Positions 53,276 to 62,408 of a DNA stretch of 64,000 bases are shown one piece after another (within the stretch, counting starts at the first letter, position 1; each line of letters begins with the position of its first letter). Position numbers and translations under genes: made by a program. The stretch is from an uncultured beta proteobacterium (GTDB lineage Bacteria > Pseudomonadota > Gammaproteobacteria > Burkholderiales > Burkholderiaceae): contig CAIUOP010000088.1 of the NCBI GenBank assembly GCA_903900805.1, forward strand, positions 20,411 through 84,410, written 5' to 3'. The notes under the pieces are model-generated. The model searched no databases, was not told where the DNA came from, and saw only the letters and a list, made by a program, of their open reading frames with translations.

Positions 53276-55411
53276 CTACGCTAAACCACCATGCCGTAAT
53301 AAAGCATCAATACTGGGTTCACGTCCACGGAAGGCTTTAAAGGATTCGGCAGCAGGGCGACTACCGCCCACCTCCAGAATTTCTTCTCGATACCGCGTTC
53401 CAGTTTTAGCATCTAATACGCTACCAGTCAGTTTTGCCGCTTCCTCAAAAGCGGAGTAGGCATCTGCAGAGAGCACTTCAGCCCATTTATAACTGTAGTA
53501 ACCAGCCGCATAGCCACCAGCAAAGATATGACTAAAAGAATTAATCCAACGAGAGATCTCAGGCTGCGGGATGATGTTGTATTGATTGGCAATACTTCTA
53601 GAAACATCCAGCACTGCCGCCCCCGCAGCACTTTTTGCATCAAAACTCGAATGCAAGCGCCAGTCGGTTAAAGACATCACAATTTGACGCAGGGTTGCTA
53701 AACCGTTCTGGAAATTCTTGGCAGCCAGTATTTTTTCAAAGAGCTCGCGTGGTAATGGCTTACCAGTTTGCGCATGGGCTGTCATTTTCTCGAGTACTTC
53801 CCATTCCCAACAGAAGTTTTCCATAAACTGACTTGGCAATTCCACCGCATCCCATTCGACACCATTAATGCCTGAGACGCCCAAGGCACTTACCTGTGTC
53901 AGCAGGTGATGCAAGCCATGACCGCTTTCATGGAAAAGGGTAATGACATCATCATGAGTAATAGTGGGTTGGCGCAATACCCCATCTACAGTTACTGGAG
54001 GAGCAAAGTTGCACACGAGATAGGCTACCGGTATTTGGATCTCTCCATTCGGCAATTCTCGGCGACCACGAGCATCATCCATCCAGGCGCCGCCACGCTT
54101 ACCTGGGCGGGCATAGGGATCTAGATAGAAGTAGGCTCGTATTGTTCCAGCTTGATCCTTAACAGCGAAAGACTGTACATCCGCATGCCAAGTAGGCAAG
54201 TCTGCAGCTTCAATCTTTACGCCAAAGAGAGTCTGAATGACTTGAAATAAACCATCCAATACTTTAGGTAGTGGGAAGTATTGCTTGAGTTCATTCTCGG
54301 AGAAAGAGTAACGCGCTTGCTTTAAACGTTCAGCAGCAAATGGGATATCCCAAGGCTCAAGTCCATCTACAAATCCAAGCTCTGCCTTTGCGTACTCACA
54401 AAGTTCTTGCCAATCCTTCTGAGCAAATGGCTTTGATTTAATGGCAAAGTTCGTTAAGAAGAGATCCACTTCATCAACGGTATTGGCCATCTTGGGGGCT
54501 AAACTGAGTGCCGCGTAATTGGCAAATCCTAGCATGCGTGCTTCTTCATCGCGCAGGCGCAGTTGTTCCAGCATATTCTGAGTGTTATCCCAAGCGAGCT
54601 TACCTTTGGCATACTCAGGTGCCAAGTCTGATGAGCGAGTGACATAGGATTGATACATCAGGCGACGCAGTTCCCGATTTTCGGAATACTGCATGACTGG
54701 ATAGTAAGAAGGGAAGTGCAAGGTAAATGCCCAGCCTTGAAGGCTCTTTTGCTGTGCGGTATCAGCTGCTGCAGCGATGGCATCTTCTGGTAAGCCAGCG
54801 AGATCTGCCTTATTAGTAATTAGATGAACAAAGCCATCAGTCGCATCTAGGACATGATCCGAGAAGGCCTTACCCAGAATCGCTTGCTCATCCTGAATGG
54901 CAGAAAAGCGCGGTTTGTCGGCATCACTGAGTTCGGCGCCACCCAGACGAAAATCTCGTAGCGAGTTTTCAATTACTTTCTGTTGTGCGCGATTAAGCTT
55001 TGCAAAGTCAGGACTATTTTTAAGTTCTTTAAACTTCTTGTAGAGCGCTAAGTTTTGTCCAAGGCTAGAAAAGAATGCAGTGACCTCTGGAAGCATCTCT
55101 CCATAAGCAGACCTTAACTCAGGTGTATCGGCAACACTATTAAGATGGGAGATAACGCCCCAAGATCTTCCTAGCGCCTCTGTCGCATCCTCTAAGGGTT
55201 CAGCCAGCTTATCCCAGCTTGATGGCGTCCTCACATCAGTTGCTGTATCTACAGCGTTTTGTGCATGCCCCAGCAGGAACTGAATGGCAGGAGTAATGTG
55301 CTCAGGCTTGACTTCTGCGTAGGCGGCAATGCCACGACCAAAAGTCAGGAGAGGATTATTTTGTAATACAACCGGTAGAAGGGCTAGAGGTGTTAGTGGG
55401 GATGTAGTCAT
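53276..55411 (-). CDS. prlC: Oligopeptidase A (M3 family zinc metallopeptidase)
   Basis: 711 aa with the HExxH zinc motif FHESGHGLHH and the M3 downstream Glu region (EWDAVELPSQFMEN). Confidence 0.92.
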   Translation of the reverse strand: MTTSPLTPLALLPVVLQNNPLLTFGRGIAAYAEVKPEHITPAIQFLLGHAQNAVDTATDVRTPSSWDKLAEPLEDATEALGRSWGVISHLNSVADTPELRSAYGEMLPEVTAFFSSLGQNLALYKKFKELKNSPDFAKLNRAQQKVIENSLRDFRLGGAELSDADKPRFSAIQDEQAILGKAFSDHVLDATDGFVHLITNKADLAGLPEDAIAAAADTAQQKSLQGWAFTLHFPSYYPVMQYSENRELRRLMYQSYVTRSSDLAPEYAKGKLAWDNTQNMLEQLRLRDEEARMLGFANYAALSLAPKMANTVDEVDLFLTNFAIKSKPFAQKDWQELCEYAKAELGFVDGLEPWDIPFAAERLKQARYSFSENELKQYFPLPKVLDGLFQVIQTLFGVKIEAADLPTWHADVQSFAVKDQAGTIRAYFYLDPYARPGKRGGAWMDDARGRRELPNGEIQIPVAYLVCNFAPPVTVDGVLRQPTITHDDVITLFHESGHGLHHLLTQVSALGVSGINGVEWDAVELPSQFMENFCWEWEVLEKMTAHAQTGKPLPRELFEKILAAKNFQNGLATLRQIVMSLTDWRLHSSFDAKSAAGAAVLDVSRSIANQYNIIPQPEISRWINSFSHIFAGGYAAGYYSYKWAEVLSADAYSAFEEAAKLTGSVLDAKTGTRYREEILEVGGSRPAAESFKAFRGREPSIDALLRHGGLA

Positions 55412-55430
55412 ACCCTCTAGCTTAATGGAT

Positions 55431-56285
55431 CTAGAGTTTTGATGCCTTTTCTGCTGCCTCTAAAGTATTCATGAGGAGCATGGTGATGGTCATGGGACCT
55501 ACGCCGCCAGGAACTGGAGTGATCCAGCCAGCGATATATTTAGCCGCATCAAAATCCACATCGCCGCAGAGCTTACCGTCAGGCATGCGGTTAATGCCCA
55601 CATCGATCACGACAGCACCATTTTTAACCATATCGCCTGAAATCATCTTCGGTTTACCGGTAGCAACTACCAAGATATCGGCATCTTTGGTGTGGTGAGC
55701 TAAATCACGTGTTTTGCTATTACAAATAGTGACTGTTGCGCCAGCTTGCAGGAGGAGCATCGCCATGGGCTTGCCCACAATATTGGAGGCTCCAACAATC
55801 ACGGCACGAGCACCACGAATGGGATAGTCAATACTCTCTAAGAGCTTCATGCAACCATAAGGAGTGCAGGGCTTAAATTCTGGTTGACCAACCATCAAGG
55901 CGCCAGCATTAGCTACGTGGAAGCCATCCACATCTTTTTGGGGGGCAATGGCTTCTAGTACGCGCTCAGCTGCAATATGTTCTGGCAATGGTAATTGCAC
56001 TAAGATGCCATGAATTGATGGGTCTGCATTGAGAGTAGCAATGCGAGCAAGTAATTCTTCTTCACCTAGCTCAGCAGAGTAGCGCTCTAATACCGAATGA
56101 AAGCCAACATCTTCACAAGCTTTTACTTTATTACGGACATACACTTGGCTAGCAGGATTTTCACCAACCATAATGACTGCTAAGCCAGGGCGAACACCTT
56201 TGGCAGTAACAATGGCGCCACGGGCAGCTATTTCAGCACGTAGTTTTTTGGAGAGCGCGTTACCGTCTAGTAATTGGGCGGGCAT
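55431..56285 (-). CDS. folD: Bifunctional methylenetetrahydrofolate dehydrogenase/cyclohydrolase
   Basis: [28 protein letters not shown], the Rossmann [11 protein letters not shown] and the C-terminal [10 protein letters not shown]. Confidence 0.95.
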   Translation of the reverse strand: MPAQLLDGNALSKKLRAEIAARGAIVTAKGVRPGLAVIMVGENPASQVYVRNKVKACEDVGFHSVLERYSAELGEEELLARIATLNADPSIHGILVQLPLPEHIAAERVLEAIAPQKDVDGFHVANAGALMVGQPEFKPCTPYGCMKLLESIDYPIRGARAVIVGASNIVGKPMAMLLLQAGATVTICNSKTRDLAHHTKDADILVVATGKPKMISGDMVKNGAVVIDVGINRMPDGKLCGDVDFDAAKYIAGWITPVPGGVGPMTITMLLMNTLEAAEKASKL

Positions 56286-56295
56286 TGCAAGTGTA

Positions 56296-56940
56296 TTAAT
56301 TGGGCTGAGGATCAGACAAAGCTAAGCGGAGCAGATCGGCCACGGTATTGACGTTGAGCTTTTCCATAATATTAGCGCGGTGAGCTTCAACTGTCTTAAT
56401 AGAAATGCCAAGATCATCTGCAATTTGCTTATTGAGGCGACCAGCAACGATGCGCTCTAATACTTGACGCTCACGACCAGTCAGTTTGCTCAGTAAGCTC
56501 TGAGTAATCTTACGTTGGCTCGCTTGCGAGTAATCTACTCTTGCTTTAGCAAACATACGATCGACTAAACCGCAGAGGTCATTTTCTTTAAAAGGCTTCT
56601 CAATAAAATCTACTGCACCACGTTTCATAGTGGAGACTGCCATCGAGACATCACCGTGACCAGTAATGAAGGCCACTGGCATCGGGAAGTTTTCACTAAT
56701 TAAACGCTCTTGTAACTCAAGGCCAGACATCCCAGGCATCCGAACATCGAGAATTGCACAAGAGATGGTGGTCTTATCTGTACTTTGTAAAGACTGCAAG
56801 AAGCGTTCAGCGCTAGCGTGACAGCGAACAACGTAACCATTGCTCTCTAAAAGCCAAGTCAGAGAATCGCGCACAGCTTCATCATCGTCAACTACATAGA
56901 CGACTTCAGCTTGATTTGGTTTGGCAGTAGCTATGTTCAT
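56296..56940 (-). CDS. FixJ/LuxR-family response regulator
   Basis: Receiver domain ([22 protein letters not shown]) plus a LuxR HTH ([43 protein letters not shown]). The start is ATG 56940 or GTG 56952. Confidence 0.85.
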   Translation of the reverse strand: MNIATAKPNQAEVVYVVDDDEAVRDSLTWLLESNGYVVRCHASAERFLQSLQSTDKTTISCAILDVRMPGMSGLELQERLISENFPMPVAFITGHGDVSMAVSTMKRGAVDFIEKPFKENDLCGLVDRMFAKARVDYSQASQRKITQSLLSKLTGRERQVLERIVAGRLNKQIADDLGISIKTVEAHRANIMEKLNVNTVADLLRLALSDPQPN

Positions 56941-56976
56941 ATTCGGTCTCACAAGGTAAATCTAAAAGTAGGATAT

Positions 56977-59493
56977 TTATCCATTGTCCTTCGAATCAGG
57001 AGATTCTAGGGGTAGAAGCATTGTAAAGGTGCAGCCGGCCAGTTTGGTGCGTTCGGAGTCCATCACATTGGAGGCCCAAAGCCGCCCATGATGGGATTCG
57101 ATAATAGAGCGGCAAATATTGAGCCCCATGCCCATTCCATCCGCTTTAGTGCTAAAAAATGGCTCAAACATACGTTCTATGACTGATTCAGCAATGCCGC
57201 CCCCAGAATCAGTCACCCTGATCCGCATCATAGCTGGGAAGGTACTGGTATCTAAATCAGCGCTAATGTTGACGGGCGGGGCTGACCAACGGGAGGAAAG
57301 AGGGTAAGCCTCACGCACGCTATCTAGGGCATTTTTGAGGAGATTCACTAGGACCTGCAAGATGAGTACAGGGTCAACATTGACCTCGGGCAAATCATCT
57401 GCAAGAGTAGAGGTAATGCTTAAGCGATGGCGGTTTGCTTCAATCTCCACAAGACCAACCGCGTCATTAATGATTTCAGTCATTGATGAGAATTTGCGCT
57501 GAGGCTCGCTGCGCTTCACAAACCCGCGGATGCGCTGAATAATGGTACCTGCACGATGTGCTTGTTCAGATGCTTTTTCTAAAGCAGGAAAAATTTCTTT
57601 ACTTAAAGCGGGGTCAATATTGCCCTCTAAGCGTTTTGCAACGCCCATGCAGTAGTTGGAGATAGCCGACAGGGGCTGATTTAATTCATGTGCAAGAGAG
57701 GATGCCATTTCACCCATGGTGGTAAGGCGGCTTGTAAATTGCATGCGCTCCTCTTGTTGGCGTGACAGATCATCTGCTTCTTTGCGGACCGTAATGTCAG
57801 TAGTAATGAAGAGTTGGGCTAAATGACCATCTATCCATGGGATGAAACGACGACGTACTTCGTACCATTTATTACTGCCATCATCTAATTGGACTTCTTC
57901 AGACTCTGATTCTTGATATAAGAAAGAAGTTGGAATACCAGGAGGAGACTCTTGCAAATCTTCGGCAATCTCATGAAGGGTTTCAAGATTATTACTATTG
58001 CCAGATAATTTGAAATGGCCTTTGGCATCATCGCCAAAGTTCTCTCGATAGAAGCGATTGGCAAATAAAAGTTCGTCATTCTCAAGATCTACCACGGATA
58101 CCGCCGCATCCAGCCCCTCAAGCACAGTAACGAAGCGCTCTTGGGATACAGCAAGTTCTTCACGAATCTTTTTCGGCTCTGAGATGTCAATTAATGAGGT
58201 AATCCAACCAGTTTGTTTCCCTTTCTCATTAATGAGGGGAGCAATAAACGTACGCGTTTGAATTTGCGATCCATCACGACGCAAAATAGCACCCTCAATT
58301 CCTGTTTTTGATATCACCTCAGATTGCAGGGCGCGATTCATCTTCTCGACTAGTTCATCACGCCTAGAGTCCGGCCAGAAAGGGAATGGTGGGGTAAGGC
58401 CAATCAGCTCTTTTGCTGACCAGCCAGTCATCTCACAAAAAGCGCGGTTCACATAAGTAATGCGCTTTTCCATGTCATGCGCCCGAATACCAACGGGGGT
58501 GGAATTTTCCATAGCATTACGAAAGCTCGTTTCAGTCCGTAGGCTAGCTTCTGCCTCTTGGCGGACTTGCATTTGTTTTAAGACGGACCATAAGCTCCAA
58601 ATCACGAAAGCACATAATCCAAGTACAACGCCAATCAACATTCGAAAGGTCAGATTGGTGGGCGGAGGATAAGTATCAATCCGTAAAATTAAGTTCGGAC
58701 TGAGAATACCAATGTCTAAACTCGTCTGGTTGCTGAATGCTCGTCTTGGGGTATCTCGATCAGATGAGATGGATAGCACTCTTTCGTTGTCAGTAAGAAG
58801 GGTAAAGCGATAATGGGCTTTGAGTTCAGATGGCACAACATCTAAAACACCCTGAGCAGTATAGAGAGCAGCTAAATATCCAATAATATCTCCGCCAACA
58901 ACGTTGGGAACGACTTGCCAAAAAACAGTTTTTCTTTCTTTTGCGAGGCTCTCATTGCCTGGAAGATTTAAGTTAATAAATTGACTAAACGATGCTCTGT
59001 TGGTGCTTCTACTCAGTTCGATTGCATTAGCCAACCCCTCGTTAGCCGATTGGTCATTTTGTGTCCTACTAATCCAATCTGTTTTATTGTTGCTGATAGG
59101 GGCTGTCCATAGATCCTGATTTTTTGGATCAATCCAGATGATTTTGACTATTTCATGATTGTTGTTAATTAAATCAGCCGCTTGCTCGTAAGCAATTTTT
59201 TTCAGTTTTCCCTCATCTTCGCTGGCGGCTAGTTGCCGATTAATGCTAACTAAGACATCAAGATTATTAACAAAGCGGAGTTGTATACGCTGCTTAGCCA
59301 AAGAGAGCTCTCTAAATAGAGCCGATTCTTGCTGATTTTTTTCTTGTAGTTGCAGGGTACCCAAAATGACACCCATTACCGCCGTGAATATGACGATGGC
59401 AATGAGAGGGGTGTATACGAGCCTAAAGCCCCGTATTTTTCGGAGCCACTTGAATGGACTGAGGAGTAAGCTAAAAGAAGCCAATAATTTCAT
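56977..59493 (-). CDS. Membrane sensor histidine kinase with a periplasmic domain and two PAS domains (FixL-like HisKA)
   Basis: Two TM segments bracket a periplasmic region of about 240 aa. PAS segments are present (ITYVNRAFCEMTGW; LLFANRFYRENFG), along with H-box SLAHELNQPLSAISNY and ATPase G boxes (DSGGGI, GMGMGL). Confidence 0.85.
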   Translation of the reverse strand: MKLLASFSLLLSPFKWLRKIRGFRLVYTPLIAIVIFTAVMGVILGTLQLQEKNQQESALFRELSLAKQRIQLRFVNNLDVLVSINRQLAASEDEGKLKKIAYEQAADLINNNHEIVKIIWIDPKNQDLWTAPISNNKTDWISRTQNDQSANEGLANAIELSRSTNRASFSQFINLNLPGNESLAKERKTVFWQVVPNVVGGDIIGYLAALYTAQGVLDVVPSELKAHYRFTLLTDNERVLSISSDRDTPRRAFSNQTSLDIGILSPNLILRIDTYPPPTNLTFRMLIGVVLGLCAFVIWSLWSVLKQMQVRQEAEASLRTETSFRNAMENSTPVGIRAHDMEKRITYVNRAFCEMTGWSAKELIGLTPPFPFWPDSRRDELVEKMNRALQSEVISKTGIEGAILRRDGSQIQTRTFIAPLINEKGKQTGWITSLIDISEPKKIREELAVSQERFVTVLEGLDAAVSVVDLENDELLFANRFYRENFGDDAKGHFKLSGNSNNLETLHEIAEDLQESPPGIPTSFLYQESESEEVQLDDGSNKWYEVRRRFIPWIDGHLAQLFITTDITVRKEADDLSRQQEERMQFTSRLTTMGEMASSLAHELNQPLSAISNYCMGVAKRLEGNIDPALSKEIFPALEKASEQAHRAGTIIQRIRGFVKRSEPQRKFSSMTEIINDAVGLVEIEANRHRLSITSTLADDLPEVNVDPVLILQVLVNLLKNALDSVREAYPLSSRWSAPPVNISADLDTSTFPAMMRIRVTDSGGGIAESVIERMFEPFFSTKADGMGMGLNICRSIIESHHGRLWASNVMDSERTKLAGCTFTMLLPLESPDSKDNG

Positions 59494-59698
59494 GAATGAG
59501 GCTTATTTTGCCTCATTGCACTATCTAAAACGGCTTTTCTTCTGTAAATTCAAGATGTTATTTGCACCGCAATAAAATACCACATTATGAGAAATATTAT
59601 CATTATGTGGAAAATTGCTTGTTTACACTCATATACCTACATAAAATATTGCCTATAAAGTTAATAACTCATAGCGAAGTACTCATTGGAGACAAGTC

Positions 59699-62395
59699 AT
59701 GGCCGCAGTTCCAGAGCAGGTGTTAGGTAAGCATAATTCTCAGGATGCAGATCCTGGAGAAACTCAAGAATGGTTACAGGCCCTCGATGGCGTTATCCAT
59801 AATGAAGGTCCTGAGCGTGCTGCCTATTTGATTGATCAGCAAATTTCTCATGCCAGGGTGAATGGTGTTGTGCAGCCTTTCCACGCAGAGACTCCATATA
59901 TCAATACGATTCCAGTAGAGAATCAAGCGCGCTTACCGGGTGATCAAAATGTTGAGCACCGCATTCGTTCATACACCCGATGGAACGCGATGGCGATGGT
60001 TCTGCGTGCTAACAAAGACACCAACGTTGGCGGACATATTTCTTCTTTCCAGTCAGCGGCAACTTTGTATGACGTAGGCTTTAATCATTTTTGGCATGCG
60101 CCATCGCCAGAGCATGGCGGTGATCTGATTTTTGTTCAAGGCCACTCGGCTCCAGGTGTATATGCACGTGCCTACATGTTGGGCCGTTTATCTGGCGAAC
60201 AACTAGACAACTTCCGTCAAGAGGTTGGCGGCAAGGGTATCTCTAGTTATCCGCATCCATGGTTAATGCCGGACTTCTGGCAATTCCCAACCGTATCCAT
60301 GGGCCTTGGCCCAATTATGGCCATTTATCAAGCGCGCTTTATGCGCTATATGCAAGACCGTGGCTTTATTAAGCATGAAGGTCGTAAAGTTTGGGCATTC
60401 TTAGGTGATGGTGAAACTGACGAGCCAGAATCTTTAGGCGCTATTGGTATGGCGGGTCGTGAAAAACTGGACAACCTGATTTTTGTAGTGAACTGTAACT
60501 TGCAACGTTTAGATGGACCAGTGCGTGGTAACGGCAGCATTATTCAAGAACTCGAGGGCGAGTTCCGCGGTGCTGGTTGGAATGTGATTAAGGTAGTGTG
60601 GGGTGGTCAGTGGGATGCTCTATTTGCCCGTGACAAAAAAGGCATCTTGATGCAGCGCCTAGGCCAGATCGTTGACGGTCAGTACCAGACCATGAAGTCT
60701 AAGAACGGTGGTTATGTTCGTGAGACTGTATTCAATACCCCAGAATTAAAAGCTTTGGTGAGCGATTGGAGTGATGATGAGATTTGGCAACTGAATCGTG
60801 GCGGCCATGATCCTCATAAGGTATACGCGGCATTTCATGCAGCGGTAAATCACAAGGATCAGCCAACAGTGATTTTGGCTCACACTATCAAAGGTTATGG
60901 CATGGGTGGCTCTGGTGAGGCGATGAATATTGCTCACCAAGCAAAGAAGATGAATGACGACGACGTACGCCGTTTTCGTGATCGCTTTGAGATTCCGGTA
61001 AAAAACGAGGATCTCGATGATATGCCTTTGGTGAGCTTTGCTGAAGGTAGTCCTGAGTTGGAGTACATGAAGGCGCGACGCCAAGAGTTGGGTGGCTATT
61101 TGCCACAGCGTCGCACTAAGGCAGAAAGTCTGCCAGTCCCCGCATTAGATGTATTTGCTCCGCTGCTTGAAGCAACTGCAGAAGGTCGTGAGATTTCAAC
61201 AACGATGGCATTTGTGCGCCTGCTCAATACCGTGGTGCGCGATAAAGTTTTAGGTAAACGAGTCGTTCCGATTGTTCCGGATGAATCCCGTACCTTTGGC
61301 ATGGAAGGCATGTTCCGTCAGATGGGCATTTGGAATCAATTAGGTCAGCTCTACACCCCAGAAGATCATGATCAATTGATGTTCTATAAAGAGGACAAGA
61401 CCGGACAGATTCTGCAAGAAGGTATTAATGAAGCGGGTGGCATGTGCGATTGGATTGCAGCTGCAACTTCGTATTCAACCCATGGTGTACCAATGTTGCC
61501 TTTTTATATCTTCTATTCCATGTTTGGCTTCCAGCGGATTGGTGACTTAGCATGGGCAGCAGGTGATATGCGTAGCCGCGGTTTCTTGCTCGGCGGTACT
61601 GCGGGTAGAACAACGCTGAATGGCGAAGGCTTGCAACACGAGGATGGTCATAGCCACCTTTGGAGTAGCGCAGTGCCAAACTGTATTAGCTACGACCCCA
61701 CCTTTGCATTTGAATTGGCGGTAGTGATTCAAGATGGTATGCGCCGTATGTTGGAAGTTCAGGAAGATGTGTATTACTACATCACCTTGATGAACGAAAA
61801 CTACGCTCATCCAGCAATGCCAAAGGGCGCCGAAAAAGACATTATTAAAGGCATGTATAAGCTCAAGTCTGTTGGCGATGACAAGGCTAAGTTACGTGTT
61901 CAACTTCTCGGCTCAGGAACCATCTTCCGTGAAGTGATTGAGGCAGCAGAAATGCTCCACAAAGACTGGGGCGTTGCCTCTGATTTATGGGGTTGCCCAA
62001 GCTTTACTGAGCTAGGTCGTGATTGGAACACAGTGCACCGTGCCAATCTCTTGAATCCAACGGCTACTCCTACACTTTCGCATATTGAGAACTGCCTCAA
62101 AGATACCTCAGGCCCAGTCGTTGCAGCTACCGACTATGTTCGTTTGTTTGCTGAGCAGATTCGTCCAGCGATTCAGCACATGGGTCGTCGCTATGAAGTA
62201 TTAGGCACAGATGGCTTCGGTCGTTCTGATACCCGTGAAAAACTCCGTGACTTCTTTGAGGTTGATCGTCGTTGGGTGGTATTAACTGCCTTGAGATCTC
62301 TGGTAGATGCAGGCCAGATGGATCGTCAAAAACTTGCTGAGGCCATTCAGAAGTATGGCATTGATGCTGCTAAACCAAACCCGATGACGGTTTAA
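59699..62395 (+). CDS. aceE: Pyruvate dehydrogenase E1 component (homodimeric type)
   Basis: 898 aa with a ThDP-binding region (GDGETDEPES...NCNLQRLDG) and E1 N-terminal ETQEWL motif. Confidence 0.95.
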   Translation: MAAVPEQVLGKHNSQDADPGETQEWLQALDGVIHNEGPERAAYLIDQQISHARVNGVVQPFHAETPYINTIPVENQARLPGDQNVEHRIRSYTRWNAMAMVLRANKDTNVGGHISSFQSAATLYDVGFNHFWHAPSPEHGGDLIFVQGHSAPGVYARAYMLGRLSGEQLDNFRQEVGGKGISSYPHPWLMPDFWQFPTVSMGLGPIMAIYQARFMRYMQDRGFIKHEGRKVWAFLGDGETDEPESLGAIGMAGREKLDNLIFVVNCNLQRLDGPVRGNGSIIQELEGEFRGAGWNVIKVVWGGQWDALFARDKKGILMQRLGQIVDGQYQTMKSKNGGYVRETVFNTPELKALVSDWSDDEIWQLNRGGHDPHKVYAAFHAAVNHKDQPTVILAHTIKGYGMGGSGEAMNIAHQAKKMNDDDVRRFRDRFEIPVKNEDLDDMPLVSFAEGSPELEYMKARRQELGGYLPQRRTKAESLPVPALDVFAPLLEATAEGREISTTMAFVRLLNTVVRDKVLGKRVVPIVPDESRTFGMEGMFRQMGIWNQLGQLYTPEDHDQLMFYKEDKTGQILQEGINEAGGMCDWIAAATSYSTHGVPMLPFYIFYSMFGFQRIGDLAWAAGDMRSRGFLLGGTAGRTTLNGEGLQHEDGHSHLWSSAVPNCISYDPTFAFELAVVIQDGMRRMLEVQEDVYYYITLMNENYAHPAMPKGAEKDIIKGMYKLKSVGDDKAKLRVQLLGSGTIFREVIEAAEMLHKDWGVASDLWGCPSFTELGRDWNTVHRANLLNPTATPTLSHIENCLKDTSGPVVAATDYVRLFAEQIRPAIQHMGRRYEVLGTDGFGRSDTREKLRDFFEVDRRWVVLTALRSLVDAGQMDRQKLAEAIQKYGIDAAKPNPMTV

Positions 62396-62408
62396 AAGAG
62401 AAGAATTC

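Noticed and set aside
59555-59610. dif-like XerCD site (TTATGAGAAAT resembles the XerD arm TTATGTTAAAT)
   Set aside because: The putative XerC arm (CGCAATAA) is separated by 9 nt instead of the required 6-nt core and matches poorly. The location, in a promoter region between a kinase and aceE, also does not suggest a terminus.
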